In this document: positions 14,412 through 24,661 of the stretch, one piece after another
Layout: the number at the start of each line of letters is the position of its first letter
Numbering within the stretch: position 1 is the first letter of the stretch
IMG/VR virus record: IMGVR_UViG_3300020340_000009
Location: 1-28,451 of that record
DNA length: 28,451 bases
From: a virus
Lineage: Duplodnaviria > Caudoviricetes
Reading direction: 5' to 3' (one strand)
Notes under the pieces: model-generated
Told to the model about the DNA's origin: nothing
Databases searched by the model: none
Seen by the model: only the letters and a program-made list of their open reading frames with translations
Program-made: the position numbers and the translations under genes

Positions 14412-17400
14412 TGGCAAATTTGCAGCAAACTTATAGTGGAGATCTTACTAGTACTCTAGCAGGTGCTATTGCTAATAAGGTCATAAATGCTGCTGGTATG
14501 GCAAAAGAGCAGAAAGAGAAGTCTGCTAAGGATAATATAACATCTCAACCAGGATCACTCTTTGCAAGTGCATTAGGTCATGAGTTTGGAGGAGACCTAT
14601 TTAATAGGACCCTGGGAAATTTTAGTTCTAAGATACCATTTAAGCAAACTGATCCATCTTCTTCTAAAGAAGCACGATTTAGGGCAAAATTTCCTGGAAA
14701 CACTGATGGACCAGTTCAAAGAGCAGAAGATAAATTAAAAGAGGATGATGGATCCTTACCTGTAAGTGATGCACAGGTAAGGCAGTTTGCGTCAAAACTC
14801 TTAGGAGCAAATGTAGAAAAAAAGCTTAATGTAGTTGAATTTTCGGTCAATCAACTAAGTGGAGAGATTAGATCCTTAAATTCAACTTTAGGAAGCACTC
14901 AGAATCTAATATTTGATCAGAATCAAATGTTAGCTTCTAAATTTGATCAGATATTAGAAGTTTTTTCTACCAATAAGCAATTTCAAGAAGAAATTGTAGA
15001 AAAGGGAAAGGCGGAGAGAAGAGAAGTTGAATTAGAAAAGGAAAAGGATCTATCAAGTGCGGTAAAACTTGCTACATTTGATAAATCTGAGACTAAGAGT
15101 GGGAATAATTTCATTGATGCTCTACAACGTATAAGAGCTCTTGCTGATAAGAAAAAACTGAATTTATTTAAGGAGTTATTAGATAACGTCAAAAAACCAG
15201 GAAGGGCAAGCACAGCAGCACTTAGAAGCGTAGCTATATTATTTGATCAAGATTTCAGGAAAGGTCCAATCAAGGAATCTACTGATGCATTTGAAAGATT
15301 TTATATGTCTGCAATGCGAGAGTTTCAATATGATACTAAAACTGGTTTACAAAAATTTGGTTTTGAAACTAGAGATGATCTTGTAGAAGGACTTGCTACA
15401 GGAAACATTAATATTTCTAAAGGTGAAGTAACAGTTAAAGCTAAACCTCAAAGGCAAGGAAAAGATCTTTTAGAAAGTCTTGTAGGAGCTCCTCCTGGAA
15501 TTCTTGGTGATGCTCCTATGGGTGTTACTGAAAAACTTGGAAAAGAAGCAGCAGACACTTTACAAAGTAACATGATCTATATGACTCGTGTTATTGGTAA
15601 TGATGTTCCTATAGATAAACTTGGAGAAGCTTTACAAGATCCTAAGAGATTTTCAAAACTGCAGCAGCAATTGCAGCGTGAAATGGGAATGGGACTTAGT
15701 GAAGAAGTTGCAAGGGATATTCTAACTCAAGCATCAGCACTTAAAACTGACTTTGCCCAAAAGTCTGGAAAATTAGGAACAAAAGCAGCAGAAGCTGTTG
15801 CTGCTAAAGCAGGAACAAAAGCAGGTGCAGAGGCATTTGTTAAAGGAACTACTAAATCTACCAAGATGCTTGGTAAAGCAGGAAAATTTATTCCTGGAGT
15901 TGGTACTGGTATTGCTCTTACGGAAGCTGCTTTTAGATTGGGTACAGGAGATCCAACAGGTGCTGCATTGAGTGTATTGAGTGCTATTCCAGTTGCAGGA
16001 TGGGCATTTACCGCTATTGACATTGCTAGAGATATGGGGTATAATCCCCTTGGACTTCCTGAATATGAAACAGGAACAGGATATACTCAAAAAGGACCAG
16101 GCATTCTTCACGGTACAGAAGCACGTGTAACTGATAAAAACCGATCTGATCTTAATAATTCGGTTTTAGATAGTTTTAATTCTCCAATTAACTATCTTGC
16201 TAGTGCCACACAATCATTTGCATCTAAGACTGGAACTGCTAGAGCAGTTTCATCTATGATAAAAGATTCTGGAGTATCTTATGACTTTGTAAATGTCCCA
16301 TTTTCTCCAGATGTTGGTAACATTCAGCAGGTATCTGCTGTTAGAGAACCATCGCGTGCTATTGAAAGACTAATTGGACGCAGAGATAGACTGATATTTG
16401 ATAAATTGGATGACAATAATATGGACACACCACCAACACCACCACAAGAACAGAGGCAGCAACAGCAACCACAAGCAAATCAACCACAAACAAATTTACA
16501 TATACCAACAGGAAATACTGCTATAACCTTTAGTAAAGAACAAGGAATAGATGCTTCTGGAGAACCTGGAGTAGATTTTAGTTTTGGAGACTCTATGGGC
16601 AACTATAGTTTATTTGATGGAGTAGTTGTAGAAACTGGTATGCTCTATGGAGCTGGTTATGGTAACGTTGTTACTGTAAGAAGTAAAGATGCTAACGGCA
16701 GAGAATTTGATGCAATGTATGCTCACTTTGGAAATGGAACTATTGCTGTAAAAGTAGGTCAAAAAGTTAAAGCAAATCAATATCTAGGACCAGTTGGATG
16801 GGATGAAGCAAATGGTAGACCAGCTCCTGGAGCAGGAACCATGACAGGTCCACACACTAGTCTGGACTTCTTTGAACCAAATACAAAACCTGGAGAAGTA
16901 ACAAGTCCTTTCGGAGGTAGAGGACCTATTATTGAATCTATTCTTCAGGGTGGAGTGCCATCAACTAACGGAGGAGGAGGTGGTATTGGTGGACCTGGAA
17001 TGATGGGTCCTCAATCACCAATGAGTAATGCAGACTATTACTCACTATTAGCAATTTCTGCAATTGAGGATGATGATGATCAAGGAAGAGCAGATGTTGC
17101 TCAAGCACTGTACAATAGATTAGAAGGACATAGAGCAGGCAGTAACTATTATCAAAAGAATAATACACTAAAGTCCCATATCGTAGCTAAAGATCAATTC
17201 CAACCAACGTTTTACAATAAACCAGATTGGCATAAAATTGTTGATATGGAGACTGCTATTACAGCACTGGTTATGTCTAAAAAAGGTCGTGCAATGGGAT
17301 GGAACAGAGAATATGCACGTCAAATATTAAATGACACAGAGAAAGCATTATTGAATCCTGAATTGCAAGCTAAAGCAGCAAGTCATGTGAAAGGAAGAAC

Positions 17401-17824
17401 GTATTTCCTAGGAACGTCTCAACAAGATAATATGCAAGCGGGAGATGTCTTAAGAAATCCAGATGATAACTTCTTTACAATGTGGTATGACGAAGATAAT
17501 CCGTATGGAAGTAATGGGGTTCCACCTGCTGCTCCTATCCCTCCTAGAATGATTGCACCAGACCCAGGACCATTACCTCCACCACCAATCGCACCTCCTG
17601 ATAATCAGTGGTGGGATATGTTGGACCTATTTCCAAATCAATCTAAACTGAATGAAATGGAAAGGATTAGCTCTAACATGGATGAAATGGAAGACGGAAT
17701 TCCTGTTCAGATGGTAGTAGTTAATAATACTATTCTTCAAAATGAAGGCACTACTAATATAAGTAGTAGTAAATCTTTTGATAATCCTGTGAGAAGATAC
17801 CAAATGGCAGTGTTAGGAGCATAA
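14411..17824 (+). CDS. Tape-measure/baseplate hub (gp29-like) protein with M23-like peptidase and cell-wall hydrolase domains
   Basis: Helical N-terminus, hydrophobic IPGVG/AIPVAG segment, GVDF...YGNVV...YAH...GPH, ADVAQALYNR...QFQP; position after gp26/gp51. Confidence 0.7.
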   Translation: MANLQQTYSGDLTSTLAGAIANKVINAAGMAKEQKEKSAKDNITSQPGSLFASALGHEFGGDLFNRTLGNFSSKIPFKQTDPSSSKEARFRAKFPGNTDGPVQRAEDKLKEDDGSLPVSDAQVRQFASKLLGANVEKKLNVVEFSVNQLSGEIRSLNSTLGSTQNLIFDQNQMLASKFDQILEVFSTNKQFQEEIVEKGKAERREVELEKEKDLSSAVKLATFDKSETKSGNNFIDALQRIRALADKKKLNLFKELLDNVKKPGRASTAALRSVAILFDQDFRKGPIKESTDAFERFYMSAMREFQYDTKTGLQKFGFETRDDLVEGLATGNINISKGEVTVKAKPQRQGKDLLESLVGAPPGILGDAPMGVTEKLGKEAADTLQSNMIYMTRVIGNDVPIDKLGEALQDPKRFSKLQQQLQREMGMGLSEEVARDILTQASALKTDFAQKSGKLGTKAAEAVAAKAGTKAGAEAFVKGTTKSTKMLGKAGKFIPGVGTGIALTEAAFRLGTGDPTGAALSVLSAIPVAGWAFTAIDIARDMGYNPLGLPEYETGTGYTQKGPGILHGTEARVTDKNRSDLNNSVLDSFNSPINYLASATQSFASKTGTARAVSSMIKDSGVSYDFVNVPFSPDVGNIQQVSAVREPSRAIERLIGRRDRLIFDKLDDNNMDTPPTPPQEQRQQQQPQANQPQTNLHIPTGNTAITFSKEQGIDASGEPGVDFSFGDSMGNYSLFDGVVVETGMLYGAGYGNVVTVRSKDANGREFDAMYAHFGNGTIAVKVGQKVKANQYLGPVGWDEANGRPAPGAGTMTGPHTSLDFFEPNTKPGEVTSPFGGRGPIIESILQGGVPSTNGGGGGIGGPGMMGPQSPMSNADYYSLLAISAIEDDDDQGRADVAQALYNRLEGHRAGSNYYQKNNTLKSHIVAKDQFQPTFYNKPDWHKIVDMETAITALVMSKKGRAMGWNREYARQILNDTEKALLNPELQAKAASHVKGRTYFLGTSQQDNMQAGDVLRNPDDNFFTMWYDEDNPYGSNGVPPAAPIPPRMIAPDPGPLPPPPIAPPDNQWWDMLDLFPNQSKLNEMERISSNMDEMEDGIPVQMVVVNNTILQNEGTTNISSSKSFDNPVRRYQMAVLGA

Positions 17825-17825
17825 G

Positions 17826-20132
17826 ATGGCGGGATTGCAGCAAACTTATTCTGGAGATTTAACAGGTAGTCTTACTGGTGCAATAGCAGATGCTGTCTTT
17901 GCTATTGCAACTAGAGGAAAGTCTGCTAAGACACAAGCACTTGCTTACGCTGGTAAGTATGGTGTTGATACAGCATTTAAACCAGGAGAGTTTACTGCTA
18001 GGGAGGGGAGAAATTATTTAATTGAGAGAACTTTAGGAAAAAGATTTGTTCCTAAAACTAGTATGTATGACATTGTTGCTAGAGGGCAATCTTCTTCCGA
18101 CCCTTTAATGGGAGTCCCAGCACATGTTAGGAACTTACCTGAATATCAACAACTTGCAAATCCTGCTGAACAAAAGTTCAAAGAAAATAATAGTAAGTTA
18201 ACTGGAACTGCTACTGGAGGGCAAAAACCAGTAAAAGTCCATGATCCTAAACTTGGTGGATTGTTGACTGCTGCTGTAGATGCTATCAATAAGAATTTTA
18301 CAGTATTAAGTGATAAGTTAGATGATACTCAAGCAGAAGTAATCCAAACAAAAGAAAGTTTATTTGGAACTATTAAACAATTAGAACAAAATTCTGATGT
18401 TTTAGAGAATAAACTTGATTCAATTATAGATGCTCTTAGGGAGCAAAATGTTACTGCTAAGAAGCAAGTAGATCAAGATCAAGTTGCTGTTAAATCAAAA
18501 GAGCAAGGTAAAGAAACAGATCTATCAGGAACTCAAAGACTGCAAGATATTGGTCAGACAAAAGAACAAGCAATACAATTAAATTTACTAGAAGATAGTA
18601 AAGAAATTGGGAAAACTCCTGGTGATACCGAACAATTAAATATACCAGATTTAGAGCGTGGTGGTATCATGTCTGGTCCAGACAGTGGATACCTTGCTAG
18701 ACTTCACGGTGATGAGATGATTGTCCCTCTGGACAACAACTATACTCAAGGAGAACCGAGTGCTGTTGACGGTATAAGCAGACCTAAACCGCAAACTCCT
18801 GCAATACCACCAATGAATATTGCTGAGACAGGAACATCTCCTACACCTACGGCACCTGAAACATCTGTTAAAGAGACACCATTTGCTCCTAATTTCTTTA
18901 GTAATGTGTTTGCTATGCAAGCACCTTCCGAGACTCCAGATCTAGGTAGAAAAAATCAAGAACTGCAGGAAGCAATGGAACTTCCTATTAAGGGTGCTGG
19001 TATTGCAACGTTGCATTTATTACAGAAATCTCTTGGTGGGATGGGTGAGGTTGCATCACCAATCACAGAAGATATGAAGAAAATTGCTTCTCCAATTGCT
19101 AATGCATTTGGAGTTCCTAATACTATTACTGATGGTATTGTTAAAAAATTTGAGACTCCAGATGCTCCTGAAAGGAATCCACTAGGCACCATGGACTTTG
19201 AGGGTAGAAAACCAAAAGAGAAAGCATGGTGGGATCCTTTCGGTGTTTTTACTGGAACTGGTGGTGGAAAACGAGGATATGGCGGTGGTACTAGAGTAGA
19301 GAGATATTCAAATAATTATGGTGGTACTGGTGGTCCTGATGGATTAGCACGTGGATTGAGAGGTGTTCGTGCTGGATTTACTGGTATGAATTCTCAAGGA
19401 TTCAATGCTATGATGCAGGGTCAGAGTTACATACCATCTAGTAAACCACAAATTCTTGGACATGGAGCATATTCTGCACCTACATTAGGTGGAGCACAGA
19501 GATATGCTGGAACAGGTTCATCTATTCCTGGTGTTAGACAGACGCCAGGTGGTGTTGTTAATAGTATTGTCCCTGGTACAGCACCTCGTATAAATTTCAT
19601 AGAACCTCAAGCAAGAGTATCTCCAGAAATTTTCAATAAAGGTAGAGACCTTGCTACTAAGTTGCAGGGTGGAGCATATCCGAACAGTGCTAGAGCAAAC
19701 ATGCTTAGAGCACAGATTACATCTGGTGGAGTTAGAGTTCCACCAAAAGCACCTCCAAAATTTGGAAATCCACTTGTTATGTTGATGGATATGATAGTTA
19801 ATGATCTGATTAATCCACAACCAACAGCGGTATATGATCAGGTGACTGGACCTAATGCGATGTATAACGATCCAAAACTATCTGAGGAACAGAGAAGAAG
19901 TTTATTTGAATCTGTTCATGGATCTCAGCAAGGACCAATGAAAGCTGACGTTGTAAATCGTGAATCTCAAGAGCAGTCATTACGCAAACTACAGACAAGA
20001 CAACAGACATTAGAACCAATAATTATTAACAATAGTAGTCAGACTGAATCTACTGGCGATCAAACAGTTTCCCATATAAATTCAAAAGGTGATATGGGTT
20101 TTGATGAACTATATCCCTCTCTCTATAATTAA
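17826..20132 (+). CDS. Second tape-measure-like paralog with ART-like segment
   Basis: Shares MAxLQQTYSGDLTxxLxGAIA N-terminus, coiled coil and LHGxE motif with the preceding gene. Confidence 0.65.
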   Translation: MAGLQQTYSGDLTGSLTGAIADAVFAIATRGKSAKTQALAYAGKYGVDTAFKPGEFTAREGRNYLIERTLGKRFVPKTSMYDIVARGQSSSDPLMGVPAHVRNLPEYQQLANPAEQKFKENNSKLTGTATGGQKPVKVHDPKLGGLLTAAVDAINKNFTVLSDKLDDTQAEVIQTKESLFGTIKQLEQNSDVLENKLDSIIDALREQNVTAKKQVDQDQVAVKSKEQGKETDLSGTQRLQDIGQTKEQAIQLNLLEDSKEIGKTPGDTEQLNIPDLERGGIMSGPDSGYLARLHGDEMIVPLDNNYTQGEPSAVDGISRPKPQTPAIPPMNIAETGTSPTPTAPETSVKETPFAPNFFSNVFAMQAPSETPDLGRKNQELQEAMELPIKGAGIATLHLLQKSLGGMGEVASPITEDMKKIASPIANAFGVPNTITDGIVKKFETPDAPERNPLGTMDFEGRKPKEKAWWDPFGVFTGTGGGKRGYGGGTRVERYSNNYGGTGGPDGLARGLRGVRAGFTGMNSQGFNAMMQGQSYIPSSKPQILGHGAYSAPTLGGAQRYAGTGSSIPGVRQTPGGVVNSIVPGTAPRINFIEPQARVSPEIFNKGRDLATKLQGGAYPNSARANMLRAQITSGGVRVPPKAPPKFGNPLVMLMDMIVNDLINPQPTAVYDQVTGPNAMYNDPKLSEEQRRSLFESVHGSQQGPMKADVVNRESQEQSLRKLQTRQQTLEPIIINNSSQTESTGDQTVSHINSKGDMGFDELYPSLYN

Positions 20133-20134
20133 TC

Positions 20135-21568
20135 ATGGCACAATTCAATAGTAAACCATACGCATCTAGTTGCGAGATTAAACAAATTGCTTTATATAAG
20201 GCAAATGAAGAGAAGGCATATGCAAACCTTACAGACATGGCATTATTCATTCAATACCATGAGAGTATTTTATGGCCTGCTTATGGTGCAACTTTAGTTC
20301 TTATTGATAATGCAGAAAATTTAATTTCAACAATGCCTATTACAGGATTTGAGAAAGTTGTTTTTGAATTAGTTGATGCAAAAGAAGATACTTACTTCTA
20401 TGAGTTTCGTATATTTAAAGTAGCAAATAGAATTGCTAAAGATAGAACTCAGATTTACACATTAGCATTAATTTCTGCCGAGGGTTTATTAAATGAGGGA
20501 ATTCGTGTTAATAAAGTAATTGCTGGGACTACATCGTCTGTTGTTGGAAAATTACTTTCAGAATATTTGGATGTAACTTCACTTAGAATTGCATCTGAAG
20601 AATCTGTTACTAGTATAAAATGCATACCAGCGAAGAAAACACCATTTGCTGTAATTAGATCTTTACAAGCAAAAACTATTGCACAGAAAGAAGCACCGCC
20701 AAAACTTGCTTCTTTTAGGGAAGATAGTGGAGAGAATAGTGCTTTACAGAGAAGTGTGCAATCTGATTCCCCAGGAGATGCATCTCAAGCAAATGGAACC
20801 GCTGGATATTTATTTTTTCAGGTGACCAGAAAGAATGTGAAGTCTCAATTTGTATTCAAGTCAATTGATTCTTTGTCAAGTCAAAAACCAAAGAATGGAA
20901 TTTACACTTATAGTCCTGGAAAAACATTTGAAGAGTCTATGAATAAGATTCAGGAGGTTCAGTTTGGGAAAGAAATTGATACTATGCAGAAGATGAGAGA
21001 AGGTGCATACTCATCATTGGTTTGCTATTACGACATAAATACTGGCAAGTATGAAGAACAAGTTTATTCCTTAACTAACACTTGGAATGACATGGTTCAC
21101 TTGGGTACTAACACTGAACTCCCTGCAGGACAAAAAACATTATCTCAGTACCCAACTAGAGTGATGTCTACTATTGTAAACCATGAAAATTGGTATATGG
21201 GAACAGGGGTAGGGTCTAACGAAGATGATAAATCTTCGGATAATTCTTACCCTGATTATGTGAAACAATACTTACCTCAAAGTATTTCTAGATTAGGAAT
21301 AATGTTTAATTATGAATTGACTATCTCTTTGACTGCAAATTTAGATTTAAATGCTGGAGATACGATAGACATTAGAATTCCAAATCAAGTTCCTGACGCT
21401 GATAGAAAAGATGAAGTGTGGGATCCCACATATAGTGGTACATATTTGATCAAAACAGTGAACCATCAGATTGACGTTAAGGGACAGAATGCTTATACTG
21501 TACTTGAATTGATTCGCGATTCATGCGGTATCAAGTCATATGATAACAACAATTCTCAAACGGAGTAA
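20135..21568 (+). CDS. Baseplate hub protein (gp27-like)
   Basis: YHESI, GYLFFQ, LNAGDTIDIRIP, YSGTYLIKTVNH..LELIRDS; lies between tape measure and gp5. Confidence 0.6.
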   Translation: MAQFNSKPYASSCEIKQIALYKANEEKAYANLTDMALFIQYHESILWPAYGATLVLIDNAENLISTMPITGFEKVVFELVDAKEDTYFYEFRIFKVANRIAKDRTQIYTLALISAEGLLNEGIRVNKVIAGTTSSVVGKLLSEYLDVTSLRIASEESVTSIKCIPAKKTPFAVIRSLQAKTIAQKEAPPKLASFREDSGENSALQRSVQSDSPGDASQANGTAGYLFFQVTRKNVKSQFVFKSIDSLSSQKPKNGIYTYSPGKTFEESMNKIQEVQFGKEIDTMQKMREGAYSSLVCYYDINTGKYEEQVYSLTNTWNDMVHLGTNTELPAGQKTLSQYPTRVMSTIVNHENWYMGTGVGSNEDDKSSDNSYPDYVKQYLPQSISRLGIMFNYELTISLTANLDLNAGDTIDIRIPNQVPDADRKDEVWDPTYSGTYLIKTVNHQIDVKGQNAYTVLELIRDSCGIKSYDNNNSQTE

Positions 21569-21572
21569 ATAA

Positions 21573-21800
21573 ATGGACTCTATTGAACAACACATTGCAA
21601 AGGACAAAGAGATTCTTCAAAATCCTATGACCTCACCTCAGCAGCGTCGTCACATTGAAGGCGAACTGCATGATCTAGAAGAATATGTTGAGCATCACAA
21701 GCAAGAGATTGAAGAGGGAGATCATCACGATCCTTCTCCTCTAGAACTCTACTGTGATCAAGAACCAGGAGCACCTGAGTGTAAAATTCATGATAATTGA
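21573..21800 (+). CDS. cp12: CP12 Calvin-cycle inhibitor
   Basis: C-terminal DPSPLELYCDQEPGAPECKIHDN CP12 signature. Confidence 0.92.
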   Translation: MDSIEQHIAKDKEILQNPMTSPQQRRHIEGELHDLEEYVEHHKQEIEEGDHHDPSPLELYCDQEPGAPECKIHDN

Positions 21801-24652
21801 ATGATATGGACGGAATGAGTGGGTTATATCCAATAAACCAAATTGGATCCGATGGATTTTCTTGGTGGATTGGGCAAATTGAATCCGAAAAAAAGGATGA
21901 TGAAAAAGGATCTGGTCGCTATAAAGTAAGGATCGTTGGAGTTCATCCTAAGGAGTGTGATATAGTCTCATGGAATGATCTTCCATGGGCAATGGTCATG
22001 ATGCCTGTTACTAACCCACATACCCCAGGAGGTGCCACCTCAGTTTCTGATCAATTGGGTCTTGGTGTGTGGGTGGTTGGTTTTTATTTGGATGCTGATA
22101 AACAGCAACCTATTATTATGGGTTCTGTTGGTAGAACTGCCAATTCAACATCTGAAGCAACCCCTACAGAACCTAATCCTGGTGAAAATTGTAAGTCATT
22201 TACAACATATATTGCTGAAGAAAATAGAATAATATTTGATCAAGATGCTAAGGAAACTGTTGAACAACCTCCTACTGATTCTGGTCATGTTGTTCCATCC
22301 ACACCACTTGAAACTGAAGACGGATCTATTATTTCATCTGGTGTAACAAACTTTTTACAAGCAAAGTATTCTGAAAACACATCAACTAATCCTGCTGGAA
22401 AAAATTGGTGTGTAGAAGTTGCTGATAAATGTGGAAAGGAGACGGATTTAAAGAATACGTTTACCAGATTATTTTCAGAAATGCTTGCGGAGACGCAAAG
22501 AAATGATGGTAAACTTGGAACTTATTTGGTAGGAGAATTGAGTGGTGAGTTGTATGATAGTATTGGTATTGGTAGAAAGTATGTTGACAAAGGTATTCTA
22601 GTTACTAGAACCTTTGTTGCTTCCGTCAAGGGATTTGTATTAGAAAAGATTAAAGCAGGTATTAAAGATCTAATCAATTTTCTTCTATATCCATCTGATG
22701 AAGGTAATTCTCTATCTGCGGTTACGACATTCTTTAACGAACAACTAGCTGCAGTTGGATGTCAAATGGCAGATCTTGGAGATCGCTTAGCTGCTTTCTT
22801 AGAGGATCTTATGTTTGGATATCTCTTTGAAGTTTATAAGTCTGCAGCATGTTTGGTTGATAATTTTGTTGAAGGACTTCTTAGCAAGTTCCAGTCTATG
22901 ATGGAAGAACTACTAGAAACTGTTCTAGGTCCTCTCCAAGACCTTCTAGGTGCCGCAGCATCTGCTATTAATATCATTGGTGATGCAATCAATTATGTTT
23001 TAGATCTACTTGGAATCCAGTGCAACGGTCCTGGAAAATCGTGTTCTAAAACTACTAAAGTTTGTACTAACTGCGAAACTGACAAACGTGACGATTTCTT
23101 AGATGAACTGCTGAAAAATATTACCGATGATCTTTTCCCAGTAACTGGTGAAGATTGGTCTAGGTATACTTGTGATGATGCGTATACAGGAAATACTATT
23201 AAAGACACTAACGTAGTATTTGTTGGTGGTGTACAAACTCCTCCAGTCCCAAGATCTATTCAGTATGATATTTCGGATATTAGAGTTGAAGAAGGTAGCA
23301 CAGCAACCTTTATTGTTACCAGAGTTGGTGCAACAGATGTATCTTCTAGTGTCTCATATGCTACTAGAAATGGTAGTGCTACAGAATCTACAGATTACGT
23401 GAAGACCACTGGAATCTTAGGTTTTGCCCCAGGCGAAACATCTAAAGAAATTGAGGTGCGAACTCTTACTGATGATGAGAGTGAACCAGATGAAGAATTC
23501 TTTATGACTATTAAGAAAGATAGTCCTGGAACAATACCTTCTTTCGCTAAGAGATCTGTTGCTAAGTGTGTAATTACAGAAAGCACTGTAAGAACACCAG
23601 GAGTTCCCCAACAACCAACTGGGGACGATACTATACCCACTCCTACACCACCAGGACCACCTACAGAAAATCCCACAACATTTATTCCTGACATTGTAAA
23701 TGAAAGAGATACTGCTCCTGATACTACCGTGGTTACTGATGACCCAACATATAAAGTAGTTGCTGATAAGTCCAGTGTCAAAGAGGGAGAGTTTGTTACA
23801 TTCACTGTTACTACAACAAATGTTCCAAATGGAACAACTTTATTCTATCGTATGTTTGGCATTGGTATTACACCTCAGGACATAGTTAACAGCACTTTGA
23901 GTGGATCTTTTGTCATTGAAGATAATACTGCAAACGTAGTTGTAGGAATTGCAAAAGATAATATTATAGAAGATGATGAGGTTCTGACGTTTGCTATCGG
24001 AGGAACATCTGCAAATACTAGTGTTCTAATTGTTTCTGATACCGCTGGATTTAGTGCAGAAGAATTATCTGATGTTGATGACTCCTCATCTAATACCGAA
24101 TCAAGACTAAATCTTACACCTAAATCTCCTACTGTTGGAAGTGTCATTACTACCCCAAGTGGTGGTATTATTGATGTTCAAATTAGCGACCCAGGAGATC
24201 CTTATACTGAACCTCCTGTAGTCATACTACCTGGACAAGGATTCCGAGCAACGGCAATCCCATTACTTGATTCTACAGGTAGACTCACAGAAATTAGAGT
24301 TACTGATCCTGGTTTTGGTTATAAACTCAATACACCACAGAAAACTGATAAGGAATGTATTATTGATTCTTTCACAATGCTAAGTCCTGGTAGAGAATAT
24401 ACTTCTCCACCAGAAGTATACATTAATGGAGATAATACCGTTGCTGATGCAGTCGTTGAAAATGGGAAGGTAATTAGTGTTAGAATTAAGAATAGATCTT
24501 TAGTCTTTGATACATACCCTAAGGTTCTTATTATTGGCGGCGGCGGATATGGCGCGAGATTCATTCCATCATTTGCATGTCTTGACAGAGATGCACGAGT
24601 TACTGTTGGATCTGCTAAGATTGGAACAGGCAGATACGTTGATTGTCCTTAG
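21797..24652 (+). CDS. gp5-like baseplate spike N-terminal protein (OB fold, helical region, Calx-beta/Ig-like domains)
   Basis: FSWWIGQIE, GRYKVRIVGVH, LPWA, WVVGFYLD..QQPIIMG; Calx-beta VSYATRNGSA...LGFAPGETSKEI...EPDEEF. Confidence 0.8.
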   Translation: MNDMDGMSGLYPINQIGSDGFSWWIGQIESEKKDDEKGSGRYKVRIVGVHPKECDIVSWNDLPWAMVMMPVTNPHTPGGATSVSDQLGLGVWVVGFYLDADKQQPIIMGSVGRTANSTSEATPTEPNPGENCKSFTTYIAEENRIIFDQDAKETVEQPPTDSGHVVPSTPLETEDGSIISSGVTNFLQAKYSENTSTNPAGKNWCVEVADKCGKETDLKNTFTRLFSEMLAETQRNDGKLGTYLVGELSGELYDSIGIGRKYVDKGILVTRTFVASVKGFVLEKIKAGIKDLINFLLYPSDEGNSLSAVTTFFNEQLAAVGCQMADLGDRLAAFLEDLMFGYLFEVYKSAACLVDNFVEGLLSKFQSMMEELLETVLGPLQDLLGAAASAINIIGDAINYVLDLLGIQCNGPGKSCSKTTKVCTNCETDKRDDFLDELLKNITDDLFPVTGEDWSRYTCDDAYTGNTIKDTNVVFVGGVQTPPVPRSIQYDISDIRVEEGSTATFIVTRVGATDVSSSVSYATRNGSATESTDYVKTTGILGFAPGETSKEIEVRTLTDDESEPDEEFFMTIKKDSPGTIPSFAKRSVAKCVITESTVRTPGVPQQPTGDDTIPTPTPPGPPTENPTTFIPDIVNERDTAPDTTVVTDDPTYKVVADKSSVKEGEFVTFTVTTTNVPNGTTLFYRMFGIGITPQDIVNSTLSGSFVIEDNTANVVVGIAKDNIIEDDEVLTFAIGGTSANTSVLIVSDTAGFSAEELSDVDDSSSNTESRLNLTPKSPTVGSVITTPSGGIIDVQISDPGDPYTEPPVVILPGQGFRATAIPLLDSTGRLTEIRVTDPGFGYKLNTPQKTDKECIIDSFTMLSPGREYTSPPEVYINGDNTVADAVVENGKVISVRIKNRSLVFDTYPKVLIIGGGGYGARFIPSFACLDRDARVTVGSAKIGTGRYVDCP

Positions 24653-24661
24653 GAGTAAGTA

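Noticed and set aside
16425-16500. Gln/Pro-rich CA-rich stretch as a DNA repeat
   Set aside because: Explained as a low-complexity interdomain linker
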